DNA of 9,182 nt from Paraspadella gotoi (GCA_051294375.1 CM119269.1:7127870-7137051), one strand, 5' to 3'; shown: positions 1 through 8,629, counted from the stretch's first letter. Notes: generated from the sequence alone by a model not told the origin. Numbers and translations are program-made.

Positions 1-44
1 CCCTTTTTCCGAGTAAAAAAAATATTTCGATGACTGTGGAACGC

Positions 45-101
45 CCGAATGAACGGGCGAACGAATGAGCGAATGAACCCCCGAATGAATGGTTGACTGA
101 A
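45..101 (+). repeat. Degenerate (GAAT/GAAC)-type tetranucleotide repeat
   Basis: CGAATGAA recurs with 4-nt periodicity (cgaatgaacg, cgaacgaatgagcgaatgaac, cgaatgaatg). Confidence 0.55.
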
Positions 102-173
102 CTTTCTCGCGCGCGGATAGAATAAAAGGTCGAACGAAGCATCGACTAATGCGGGGGGATGAATGGACGGTTT

Positions 174-300
174 AAGGAAAGGAAAGGAATTGAAAGGAAA
201 AGGGAAAGAAAAAAAAGGAAAGGACGTGGAAAGAAGGGGGGGAAGAAAAGAAAAAGGCGATGGAAAAATCATTTAAAAAGGAAGGAGGGACGGCAGAAAA
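174..300 (+). repeat. Purine-rich low-complexity tract (GGAAA/GAAAA-like)
   Basis: Almost entirely A/G. Explains the K/R-rich start of ORF 159..473. Confidence 0.7.
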
Positions 301-536
301 ATCTAAAAATCATATCTTATAAAAGCTATAACAGTTATACTGCACTCAATAGCGAAGTTTTTTTCTCTCGATTCATTAGACGACATCCCTGCATCGCTAA
401 TCCTCGCTCAACCGCCCCCCCCTGGACTAATCCTCGCCCCACGCGCGTTCCCTCGCTTCGGCGTTGGAGTTGAAAGGGAATCGGTCTTCTGACCTTTCCA
501 GACTTTTATTTAAAGTTTAAGAAGACCACAAGAGAC

Positions 537-589
537 CTCTCTCTCTCTTCTCTCTCTCTCTCTTCTCTTCCTCTCTCTCTCCTCTCTCT

Positions 590-620
<31 letters not shown>

Positions 621-688
621 CTCTCTCTCTTCTTTCTCCCTCTCCCTCCCCTCCCTCTCCTCCCCTCCCTCTCTCTCTCTCTCTCTCT
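537..688 (+). repeat. Imperfect (CT)n microsatellite
   Basis: Pure pyrimidine tract of CT units with CCT/CCCT interruptions. Confidence 0.97.
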
Positions 689-950
689 ATCTCGCCCATT
701 ATTTTTTCGAGGCATCTTTTGACCTCGAGTCGTAAAACTATCGACGGCGGGAAGCGAATTCCGCAATGAAGTCGTAGAAGCGCAATGGAAGCGTCTGTTG
801 GGTGGCCGATTGATTGCCGGATGCCTTTCTTGCTTTTTATTGCAGTCTGGTGGTTTTATGGTTGAGACATTTTCGAGGGCAAAAGGATACATTTTCGTAG
901 GATGCTGTTCTCAGATTAAAAAAAAAAAGAATAAAAATTAGAATTTTCAG

Positions 951-1168
951 CGAGATCCACACGTCATCAACCTGAGATTCAACCTAAAGTTCCTCCTGGA
1001 CATTTATCGTATTCTTCTTCTGCAAAAACGCAACCGTCTGCGTTATCTGCAAAGACCATCTGTAAAACAGAGTTTTCATCTGTAAAGACGTCGTTGCATC
1101 AGAGAGAAAACATCAATTTGAAAAGAGAAAAGAGTCGTCAGCCAAGTCTGGTCATTGAAGGAAGGCAG
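951..1168 (+). other. Exon-like unique island (candidate coding exon; strand uncertain)
   Basis: TTTTCAG at 944-950 and CAG|GTGACG at 1168/1169. The frame starting at 953 is open for 72 codons (RSTRHQPEIQPKVPPGHLSYSSSAKTQPSALSAKTICKTEFSSVKTSLHQRENINLKREKSRQPSLVIEGRQ). No recognisable domain. Competing minus-strand acceptors exist. Confidence 0.25.
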
Positions 1169-1189
1169 GTGACGTGAGACTATGTTGCG

Positions 1190-1190
1190 T

Positions 1191-1279
<89 letters not shown>
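1190..1279 (+). repeat. Near-perfect (CT)n microsatellite
   Basis: About 45 CT units with two single-base interruptions. Confidence 0.98.
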
Positions 1280-1346
1280 GCTTAATGTATTCCACTTTTT
1301 TTTCTCGGTCATGTTTCATCGAGCGTACGATGTTTCATCTTGTCGT

Positions 1347-1423
1347 AGAGAGAGAGAAATAAACAGAAATGGAGAGAGAGACAAAAAGAAAGAGAGAGAG
1401 AGAAAGAAAGAGAAAGAAAGAAA

Positions 1424-1454
<31 letters not shown>

Positions 1455-1737
1455 AGAGAAGAAAGAAAGAAAGAAAAGAAAAAGAAAGAAAGAAAGAAAG
1501 AAAGAAGAAATTAAATAAATAAATAAAAAAAATAAATAAATACAATAAAATAAAAAATAAATAGTAAATAATAAATAATATAATAAATAAATAAAAAATT
1601 AATAAATAAATAAAAAAAGAAAGAAAGAAATTGGATATAAGAAAGAAAAAAGAAAGAAGAGAAAAGAGAGTAGAAAGAAAGAAAGAAAGAAAATACAAGA
1701 AAATAAGAAAGAAAAAGAAGAAAGAAAGAAAGAAAAG
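1347..1737 (+). repeat. Compound microsatellite: (GA)/(GAAA)n, then (AAAT)n, then (GAAA)n
   Basis: GAAA-type to ~1510, abrupt switch to AAAT/AAT-type at ~1511-1615, then GAAA-type to ~1737. Confidence 0.95.
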
Positions 1738-2134
1738 CCGGAATTAGACGCGATAGACAGATATACACACACAAAAAAAAGACATACAGACAAGGACGGA
1801 CACGAGAGACTCGGGACCGGGTTGATCGCGTCGGCCATGCGTTTGTCAGATAAACAAGGAAGAGATATGGAGAACGAGTCAAGGGGCGACTTTCACAATT
1901 GTTTTCCTTTCGTCGCTTTTGTTTGTTTATGACAGCGGTCGGTCGGTCTGAGACCGGTGTCTATCACTTTCTAATCTTTGTTAGTCTTCCAGTATTCCTC
2001 GCTTCTCAATTTTCTTGAGACCATAATATAGTCTCCCAATCGGTCCATTATTGCAATTTACATATTGCAGTTTTTTTCTTTGAGAGGAAAAAAATGGTAT
2101 TGGAAAGTTTTCTCTTTGCTAAAAAAAAAAAAAA

Positions 2135-2169
2135 TTTCTTTCACTGCTTTATTAAAGCAGTGAAAGAAA
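2135..2169. repeat. Perfect inverted repeat, 17-bp arms, 1-nt spacer
   Basis: TTTCTTTCACTGCTTTA (2135-2151), T, TAAAGCAGTGAAAGAAA (2153-2169). The arms are exact reverse complements. Confidence 0.95.
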
Positions 2170-2658
2170 CGAAAAATGACCTTGAGAGTCAAAGTTTTAC
2201 TTCAGAGGTGAGAATGCGCCGCCGAAAGGGGGCGTTGTCTTATATAAATAGGTCAAATGGCTGTTAAATTCTATACACACCCTTTTATGGATTCTTCAAT
2301 GACACATTGTAAAATCGACGCGACTTGATGTCAAGAGTAAGTATCGTTATTTTTATTAATAAAAACAAAACAAAAAATACCAATTGCTTTGTTAATGCTG
2401 TTTTGGGAATAATAAGAATAAAAAAATCCGAGCGCTCCATTTTCAAAACTTAGTCTCTTGTTGAATTTGGATTTGGATAATTTTAAGGGAACAATAAAAC
2501 TCGGTAAAGATTAAGGTTCCTGATAAGACAGGGCTATGACCACAGTTACTAGAGCTTGGGTTAATTTTTCTGAAACAATGGTTCACCGTTAAAAATTGGC
2601 ATCTAATAATTTAATAATATTAAAAGCAAATGGACAGAACCATACTTTGTTTTTTAAC

Positions 2659-2895
2659 TCAACTCATTCTGTTGAACCGCGGCGCCGAACAATCATCGTT
2701 GATTGGCGCCGGTTTTGCGGTAGGAGGCGCCTTCGTCAGTAAGAAAGACGCCGCCACTCGCACACGCGCGGAAAAGCGTTTAATTCTGACGCCGAATGAC
2801 GCCGCCGTCGCCGCCGACGCTGCCGACGCCGCCGCCGAATGAACAAAGAGATGAATCAGCGATTTCTTCCATTTCGACCATAAATGGAATCGCAA
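2659..2895 (-). other. GC/CpG-rich exon-like island (candidate exon)
   Basis: Minus-strand acceptor-like TCTTTTCACAG ends at 2896. One frame stays open to the stop at 2659-2661 and has an Ala-rich run from degenerate (GCC/GAC)n at ~2798-2837. No homolog recognised. Confidence 0.2.
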
Positions 2896-2933
2896 CTGTG
2901 AAAAGATCTCTCAAAGCCTCAATACTCAGCCGC

Positions 2934-3121
2934 AGCCCTTAGTCTCAACTCTTGGCCTCAGAGGCTAAACCCTTAGCATTAACCCATAGGCTACACCCTA
3001 AGTATCAGCCCTTAGCATAAACCCTGAGCCTTAGCCCTTAGCTTAACTCTAAGCCTTAGCCCTTAGTTTTAACCTTTAGCCTGAACCTGAACCTCAACCC
3101 TAAATCTTAACCCTTAACTCT
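2934..3121 (+). repeat. 13-bp telomere-like minisatellite, consensus A(A/G)CCCTTAGCCTT
   Basis: Units include 2968 AACCCTTAGCATT, 2981 AACCCATAGGCTA, 3007 AGCCCTTAGCATA, 3020 AACCCTGAGCCTT, 3045 AACTCTAAGCCTT, 3058 AGCCCTTAGTTTT and 3071 AACCTTTAGCCTG. About 13 units plus two bare hexamers at 3084-3095. Confidence 0.85.
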
Positions 3122-3261
3122 CACCCGGTCTCATTCCCAATGCCCTTCTTTTTAGCTCTAAGTCTAACCCTACAGTTCGGACGATGTAGGAGTTTTTTTG
3201 GCGGGAAGTTTTAAAAACTCCTTCAACTTTTTAAATTGAGAAATTCATTCTTCGATGTTCA

Positions 3262-3530
3262 GTTTTCTTTCTTTCTTTCCTTCATTCTTTTTGATAATAA
3301 TATCCTCTTTTCTTTCCTCTTTTCTCTTCTCTTCCCCCATCTCTCTTTTTTTTCCCTTTCATCGTCTGTCATTTCATTTTTTTTAATATTTCCCCCACTC
3401 CATTCTTTCAATTTTCTCTCAGTCTTCCTTTCAAGATTGTCGTACGCGACTTAATTCTTTCTCTTCTCCTTTTCTCCCTTCCCTCCTTTCCTTTCCTCCC
3501 TCCTCCTCTCTCCTCTTCCTCCACCTCTCT
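3262..3530 (+). repeat. Pyrimidine-rich low-complexity tract
   Basis: T/C-dominated, ending in CCT/CTC repeats. Confidence 0.7.
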
Positions 3531-3576
3531 CGGCCAACGATTTAAAATTCATGCTCGTGCGAATCGCGTAGTAGTA

Positions 3577-3630
3577 GGGGTGGTGGGAAGTTGGGGGTGG
3601 GAGGTGGCATTAAGGGTGGGCGGTTGAGGG
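3577..3630 (+). other. G-rich tract with canonical G-quadruplex motif
   Basis: GGGG-tggt-GGG-aagtt-GGGGG-t-GGG at 3577-3601 fits G3+N1-7 x4. Further GGG runs continue to the gap. Confidence 0.6.
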
Positions 3631-3655
3631 NNNNNNNNNNNNNNNNNNNNNNNNN
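3631..3655. other. Assembly gap (25 N)
   Basis: Run of N. Confidence 1.
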
Positions 3656-3745
3656 ATGGGGTCCACAACAAAGATGATGACGTTTTCGGGTGGCCTGAAG
3701 TCGAAAAACGCATGCCTGGACAAAGATGGAACACGCGTCGCTCCT

Positions 3746-3751
3746 GAGAGA

Positions 3752-3803
<52 letters not shown>

Positions 3804-3816
3804 AGAGAGAGAGAGA

Positions 3817-3853
<37 letters not shown>
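3746..3853 (+). repeat. Imperfect (GA)n microsatellite
   Basis: GA units with single A/T insertions. Confidence 0.97.
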
Positions 3854-3854
<1 letters not shown>

Positions 3855-3855
<1 letters not shown>

Positions 3856-4943
3856 TCTAAAAAAAAATAGGAATGACTGAGAGGAAAACGAAGGAAAAAG
3901 TCAGAGGAGAAAGAAAATATAGGAAGGAGATGGTGGGGGAGATGGAGAAGGAAACGGGTTAGGAAGACTGGGAACAGAGGAAGAAAATTAGACGAAAAAA
4001 TTGGGAAAAGGGAATAAAGAAAATGATGGGAAAAGAAAAAAAAGGGAAAATAAACAAATCGAATGAAGAAAAAAAAAAGGTTAAGAGTTGAAAGCAATTG
4101 TGTGACTGAGAGCCGAAAGAAAAAGAAAGTTGGATGACAGTATGTGTTTTAAAAAATTGTTTCGTAAAAAGAAATGAAAGAATGAAAAAAGGTAAAGAAA
4201 TTGAAAAGGAAATTGAACCACTGCCGAAAAGAAACAAGTAGGATCATTGCAGACAGATGAAATTAAGAGCGGATAGAAGAGACATGTGAAAGAATGATGC
4301 ACGAGGGAGAGGGAGAGGAGAGAGAGAGAGAGAGAGAGGACGATAGAAGATGAGAGAGAGAGAGAGAGAGAGAGAGAAGAGAGATGAGGAGAGAGAGAGA
4401 GCCGCAGAGAGAAAGTTTCGGACTCTAAGATGTAAAGCAGGTGATTCACCCTCTAATTGACGATTTGATTAGCGATGCGAACTTAGTTACTATCGTAACA
4501 GCAGACTAGAGAAGAGGTAAGTTATAATGGTCTGCCTGTGAAGTGAGAATTTTGCATTTAATTTATATTTTTTTAAGCATAAAAATTTAATCTCAGTCGC
4601 CATTTTTTTCATCGCACAAAATATTGCGGTAAAACCTGTTTTTTCCAAATATGCATGAAGGTCTTCATGTTTTTGTCGTTTGTATTCGTTCGTCGTCGGT
4701 AGTCGTTCTTGATTTTTTAAAATTCAGTTTAATTCTCATCCCGAAAAAAATAAAAATGGGCGATCGAATGAACAGTGAGACCGGGAAAAAAAACCCAAGA
4801 GAGAGATTAGATAGAAGGACGACACGGGACGACGACGCACGACGGACGACCGCAATGACTACCTCAACACGCGGAAGCAAATTAAAGATCCGGACCTCTT
4901 CAATTCTCGTTTCATCGCTCTTCGTCGCTCATCCATAAAAAAA
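3855..4943 (+). repeat. Copy 1 of a ~1.0-1.1 kb direct (near-tandem) duplication
   Basis: Colinear with 5282-6282 from GTCTAAAAAAAATAGGAATGACTGA through GTGATTCACCCTCTAATTGACGATTTGATT and CGCAATGACTACCTCAACACGCG to TTCATCGCTCTTCGTCGCTCATCCATAAAAAA. Aligned by eye. Confidence 0.95.
4302..4401 (+). repeat. Imperfect (GA)n microsatellite inside duplication copy 1
   Basis: Interrupted GA tract at the position equivalent to 5682-5794. Confidence 0.9.
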
Positions 4944-4963
4944 GTCTATCGAGTCCGATAGAA

Positions 4964-4969
4964 TCTCTT

Positions 4970-5042
<73 letters not shown>

Positions 5043-5115
5043 TGCCTTCCTCACCCTATCTTTTAGCCCGCACTCATTTTCTTTTCTTGCTCTTTTCTCA
5101 TGTTTCCGCTCTCTA

Positions 5116-5172
<57 letters not shown>

Positions 5173-5256
5173 TCTCTCTCTTCTCTCTCTCTCACCCATT
5201 CCCCTTGTCTCTCCCTCTTATTCCTTCCTCCATTTTCTCATCTCTCTCTTTCTTTT
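4964..5256 (+). repeat. (CT)n-rich block between the duplicated copies
   Basis: CT tracts at ~4964-5040 and ~5109-5193 within a pyrimidine-rich stretch. Flips abruptly to (GA)n at 5257. Confidence 0.92.
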
Positions 5257-5681
5257 AGAGAGAGAGAGAGAGAGAGAAGAGGTCTAAAAAAAATAGGAAT
5301 GACTGACAAAGTGAAAATGAAGGAAAAAAAGTCAGGAGGAGAAAAGAAAATATAGGAAGGGAGATGGTTGGGGGAGATGGGAAAGGAAGGGGTTAGGAAG
5401 ATGGGAACAGATGAAGAAAAGTAGACGAAAAAATTGGGGAAAAGGGAATAAAGAAAATGATGGGAAAAGAAAAAGAAAGGAAAATAAACAAAATCGAATG
5501 AGAAAAAAAAGTTATGAGTGAAAGCAATTGTTGTGACTGAGAGGGAAAGAAAAAAGAAAGTTGGATGACAGTAGTGTTTAAAAAATGTGTTCGTGAAAAG
5601 AAATGAAAGAATTGAAAAGGAAATTGAACTGCGAAAAGAAAAGTAGGATCATTGAGACAGATGAAATAGAGCGGATAGAAA

Positions 5682-5797
<116 letters not shown>

Positions 5798-6168
5798 ATT
5801 TCTCTAAGACTCTAAGATGAATAGCAGGGTGATTCACCCTCTAATTGACGATTTGATTGGAGCGAATAGGTTGATAGTTACAGAGACTAGAGAGAGTAAG
5901 TTAATGGTCTCCCTGAAGTGAGTTTTGATTAATTTATATTTTTTAAGCATAAAAAATTAACTCAGTCGCCATTTTCTTTCATCGCACAAAATTGGGGTAC
6001 AACCGGTTTTTTCAAATATCATGAAGGTTGTCATGTTTTTGTCGTTTGGTTCGTTCGTTCGTTCGGTAGTCGTCTTTAATTTTTTAAATCAGTTTAATTC
6101 TCTCCCGAAAAAATAAAATGGCGATCGAATCGATGAGACGGAAAAAAACCCAAGAGAGATTGATATAC

Positions 6169-6195
6169 GACGACGACGACGACGACGACGACGAC
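6169..6195 (+). repeat. (GAC)9 microsatellite
   Basis: Nine perfect GAC units. The counterpart at ~4818-4850 is broken by small indels. Confidence 0.95.
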
Positions 6196-6282
6196 CGCAA
6201 TGACTACCTCAACACGCGAAGCAATTTAAGATCCAGACTCTTCATTCTCGTTCATCGCTCTTCGTCGCTCATCCATAAAAAA

Positions 6283-6571
6283 NNNNNNNNNNNNNNNNNN
6301 NNNNNNNNNNNNNNNNNNNNNNNNNNNNNNNNNNNNNNNNNNNNNNNNNNNNNNNNNNNNNNNNNNNNNNNNNNNNNNNNNNNNNNNNNNNNNNNNNNNN
6401 NNNNNNNNNNNNNNNNNNNNNNNNNNNNNNNNNNNNNNNNNNNNNNNNNNNNNNNNNNNNNNNNNNNNNNNNNNNNNNNNNNNNNNNNNNNNNNNNNNNN
6501 NNNNNNNNNNNNNNNNNNNNNNNNNNNNNNNNNNNNNNNNNNNNNNNNNNNNNNNNNNNNNNNNNNNNNNN
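6283..6571. other. Assembly gap (289 N)
   Basis: Run of N. Confidence 1.
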
Positions 6572-7294
6572 CGCTTTAACTTCATCTCCCTTGATTCTTA
6601 CTCAAAATGCCCTTACCTCGTCTTCACTTCACCCCTCTCCCATCTCAACTTCTCTTTTCTCTACTTTTCTAATTTTCTCCTTTTCTTTCTTATGCATTTT
6701 ATTGTCACAAAACGAACCTATTTTTCAAAATTCTCGTTTCCAACTCGACCTTTTTCTCACCTTTTCCTCACCTTTTCCTCACCCTCAGTCAATCTTATTT
6801 CAAATCACTCGATCCCATTGCTTAACTTTCCTTGTGATTGCATATTTCCCCATTTTCTCAATTGTTCGCTTTTCTTTGCTCGCAACCTCCTTCTCAACTC
6901 CAACCGCTCGCAAAACGCGACCCCCGACTTTTCACTCGCGACCCCCGACGGTTTAACAAATTCTTGTCGAGCGTCATTTTTGAAAAGAGAGAAAAAAAAA
7001 GGAGTAAAAAAAAAAGAAGAATTTATTCCTTTCGCTCGTTTGAACATTCACCTCACACAAATCACTTCCTTTCTCTTCATCTTCAAATTTCTCTTCCTAC
7101 CTCACGCGTTCATCATTTCCATGCGCCGTCGCTTTCCCCTTTTTTTCTTCCCTTCTCTTAATCCCCATCTCGCTTCTCTGTCACTTCTTTTCCTTTTATT
7201 CATATATTCCCTCTTTTTCTTTTAATTCCTTCCCTTTTTTTTTCTTTTCTAAAAGTTTTTCGAATTAGCTCTCTTATCTTTACTCGTTCACTCA

Positions 7295-7560
7295 NNNNNN
7301 NNNNNNNNNNNNNNNNNNNNNNNNNNNNNNNNNNNNNNNNNNNNNNNNNNNNNNNNNNNNNNNNNNNNNNNNNNNNNNNNNNNNNNNNNNNNNNNNNNNN
7401 NNNNNNNNNNNNNNNNNNNNNNNNNNNNNNNNNNNNNNNNNNNNNNNNNNNNNNNNNNNNNNNNNNNNNNNNNNNNNNNNNNNNNNNNNNNNNNNNNNNN
7501 NNNNNNNNNNNNNNNNNNNNNNNNNNNNNNNNNNNNNNNNNNNNNNNNNNNNNNNNNNNN
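7295..7560. other. Assembly gap (266 N)
   Basis: Run of N. Confidence 1.
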
Positions 7561-7601
7561 TAGTCGCTACAGGTCGAACCGTGAACTGCAGTGTATCACA
7601 G

Positions 7602-7636
7602 TCTAATCTAATCTAATATAATCTAATCTAATCTAA
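7602..7636 (+). repeat. (TCTAA)7 pentanucleotide repeat
   Basis: TCTAA x3, TATAA, TCTAA x3. Confidence 0.93.
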
Positions 7637-7684
7637 CAGGTAAGGGAAAAAAGAAAGTGACTTGTCTTAATCCTCCGATTACAG

Positions 7685-7694
7685 NNNNNNNNNN
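7685..7694. other. Assembly gap (10 N)
   Basis: Run of N. Confidence 1.
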
Positions 7695-7771
7695 GACGCA
7701 TTGGTGGCGTGAGACGAAATAAGCGAATGGGTTGTTTCGCGTGATAGACAAAACTTTTTTGAAAGAGAAAA

Positions 7772-7934
7772 NNNNNNNNNNNNNNNNNNNNNNNNNNNNN
7801 NNNNNNNNNNNNNNNNNNNNNNNNNNNNNNNNNNNNNNNNNNNNNNNNNNNNNNNNNNNNNNNNNNNNNNNNNNNNNNNNNNNNNNNNNNNNNNNNNNNN
7901 NNNNNNNNNNNNNNNNNNNNNNNNNNNNNNNNNN
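7772..7934. other. Assembly gap (163 N)
   Basis: Run of N. Confidence 1.
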
Positions 7935-8052
7935 CCTGATTTACCACTCCGCTAACTTCACAGCCTTTCTTCACTGCCCTGATTAATCACCCCGCTAACT
8001 TCACAGCCTTTCTTCACTGCCCTAATTTACCACTCCGTCAACTTAACAGCCT
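7935..8052 (+). repeat. 43-bp minisatellite, ~2.7 visible copies
   Basis: CCTGATTTACCACTCCGCTAACTTCACAGCCTTTCTTCACTGC at 7935-7977, repeated at 7978-8020 and partially at 8021-8052. Confidence 0.93.
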
Positions 8053-8207
8053 CTTAAGAATTCGAAAAAATTTACAACCTTTTCCCTGGGAGCGACTTGT
8101 CTTTGAGCATTTTTAAAAGAGTCCTAATTCCCTTTAACCATTATTCTAAAAACCACTTTTCTCTCACGGACTTAAAATCATTTTTTATTTACTCCTCGTT
8201 CTTTCAT

Positions 8208-8520
8208 CACATTTAATAATAAAATCCTTCGCTCTTAATCACATTAAATCGCTTGACAGTTTAAACCCTTTACTCTTAATAAACCTTAAGCACTTCTCAC
8301 TTTTAATTCTTTTCTCTTCATTACCTTTAATCATTTCTCACTTTAAATCTTTTTTATGTTCTTCTTTAACTTCTCACTTTAAATACTTTGCTTTCCACAT
8401 TATATCCTATGCTTTTCATCAACATTAATCACTCCTCACTTTAAATCCTTCATTCTTCATCGCCTTCAATCACTTTTCACTTTAAATTCTTTGCTCTTAA
8501 TCGCCTTTAGTCACTTCTCA
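8208..8520 (+). repeat. Degenerate 41-bp minisatellite, ~7 copies
   Basis: Consensus approximately CACTTCTCACTTTAAATCCTTTGCTCTTAATCGCCTTTAAT. Unit starts at 8250, 8291, 8332 and at 8430, 8471, 8512 (41-nt spacing), with irregular units between. Confidence 0.85.
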
Positions 8521-8629
8521 GTCTCGATTGCCGACTTCGTTTGTCACTTTCACCGCCTCCGCCCTCGACAACGAATCCCAAAGGAACACAACCAGAAAGT
8601 TCTCACCTGTAAAACATGCCGCTCGCGGA

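Noticed and set aside
42-59. Hairpin CGCCCG-aatgaa-CGGGCG as a terminator
   Set aside because: Only 6 bp, no U-tract, lies within a degenerate tetramer repeat, and the context is non-bacterial.
159-473. K/R-rich 104-aa ORF resembling a basic or protamine-like protein
   Set aside because: The basic half comes from a purine low-complexity tract. No domain recognised.
506-1882. Multiple ORFs with RERE, SLSL, K/E-rich or F/L-rich translations
   Set aside because: Direct translations of CT/GA, GAAA and AAAT microsatellites, which lack stop codons by composition.
2519-2580. Possible hammerhead ribozyme (CTGAT...GAAA)
   Set aside because: The core reads CTGATAA rather than CTGANGA, and the required stems are not evident.
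2297-2624. Short palindromes (CAATG/CATTG, CTTGA/TCAAG, TTTAATA/TATTAAA)
   Set aside because: 5-7 bp arms are expected by chance in AT-rich DNA.
4514-4522. Consensus donor GAG|GTAAGT (variant at ~5896)
   Set aside because: No convincing upstream acceptor or exon, and the local sequence is probably error-rich.
7935-8520. CRISPR-like appearance of the 41-43 bp periodic repeats
   Set aside because: Units are contiguous with no unique spacers, there are no cas genes, and the context is eukaryotic.
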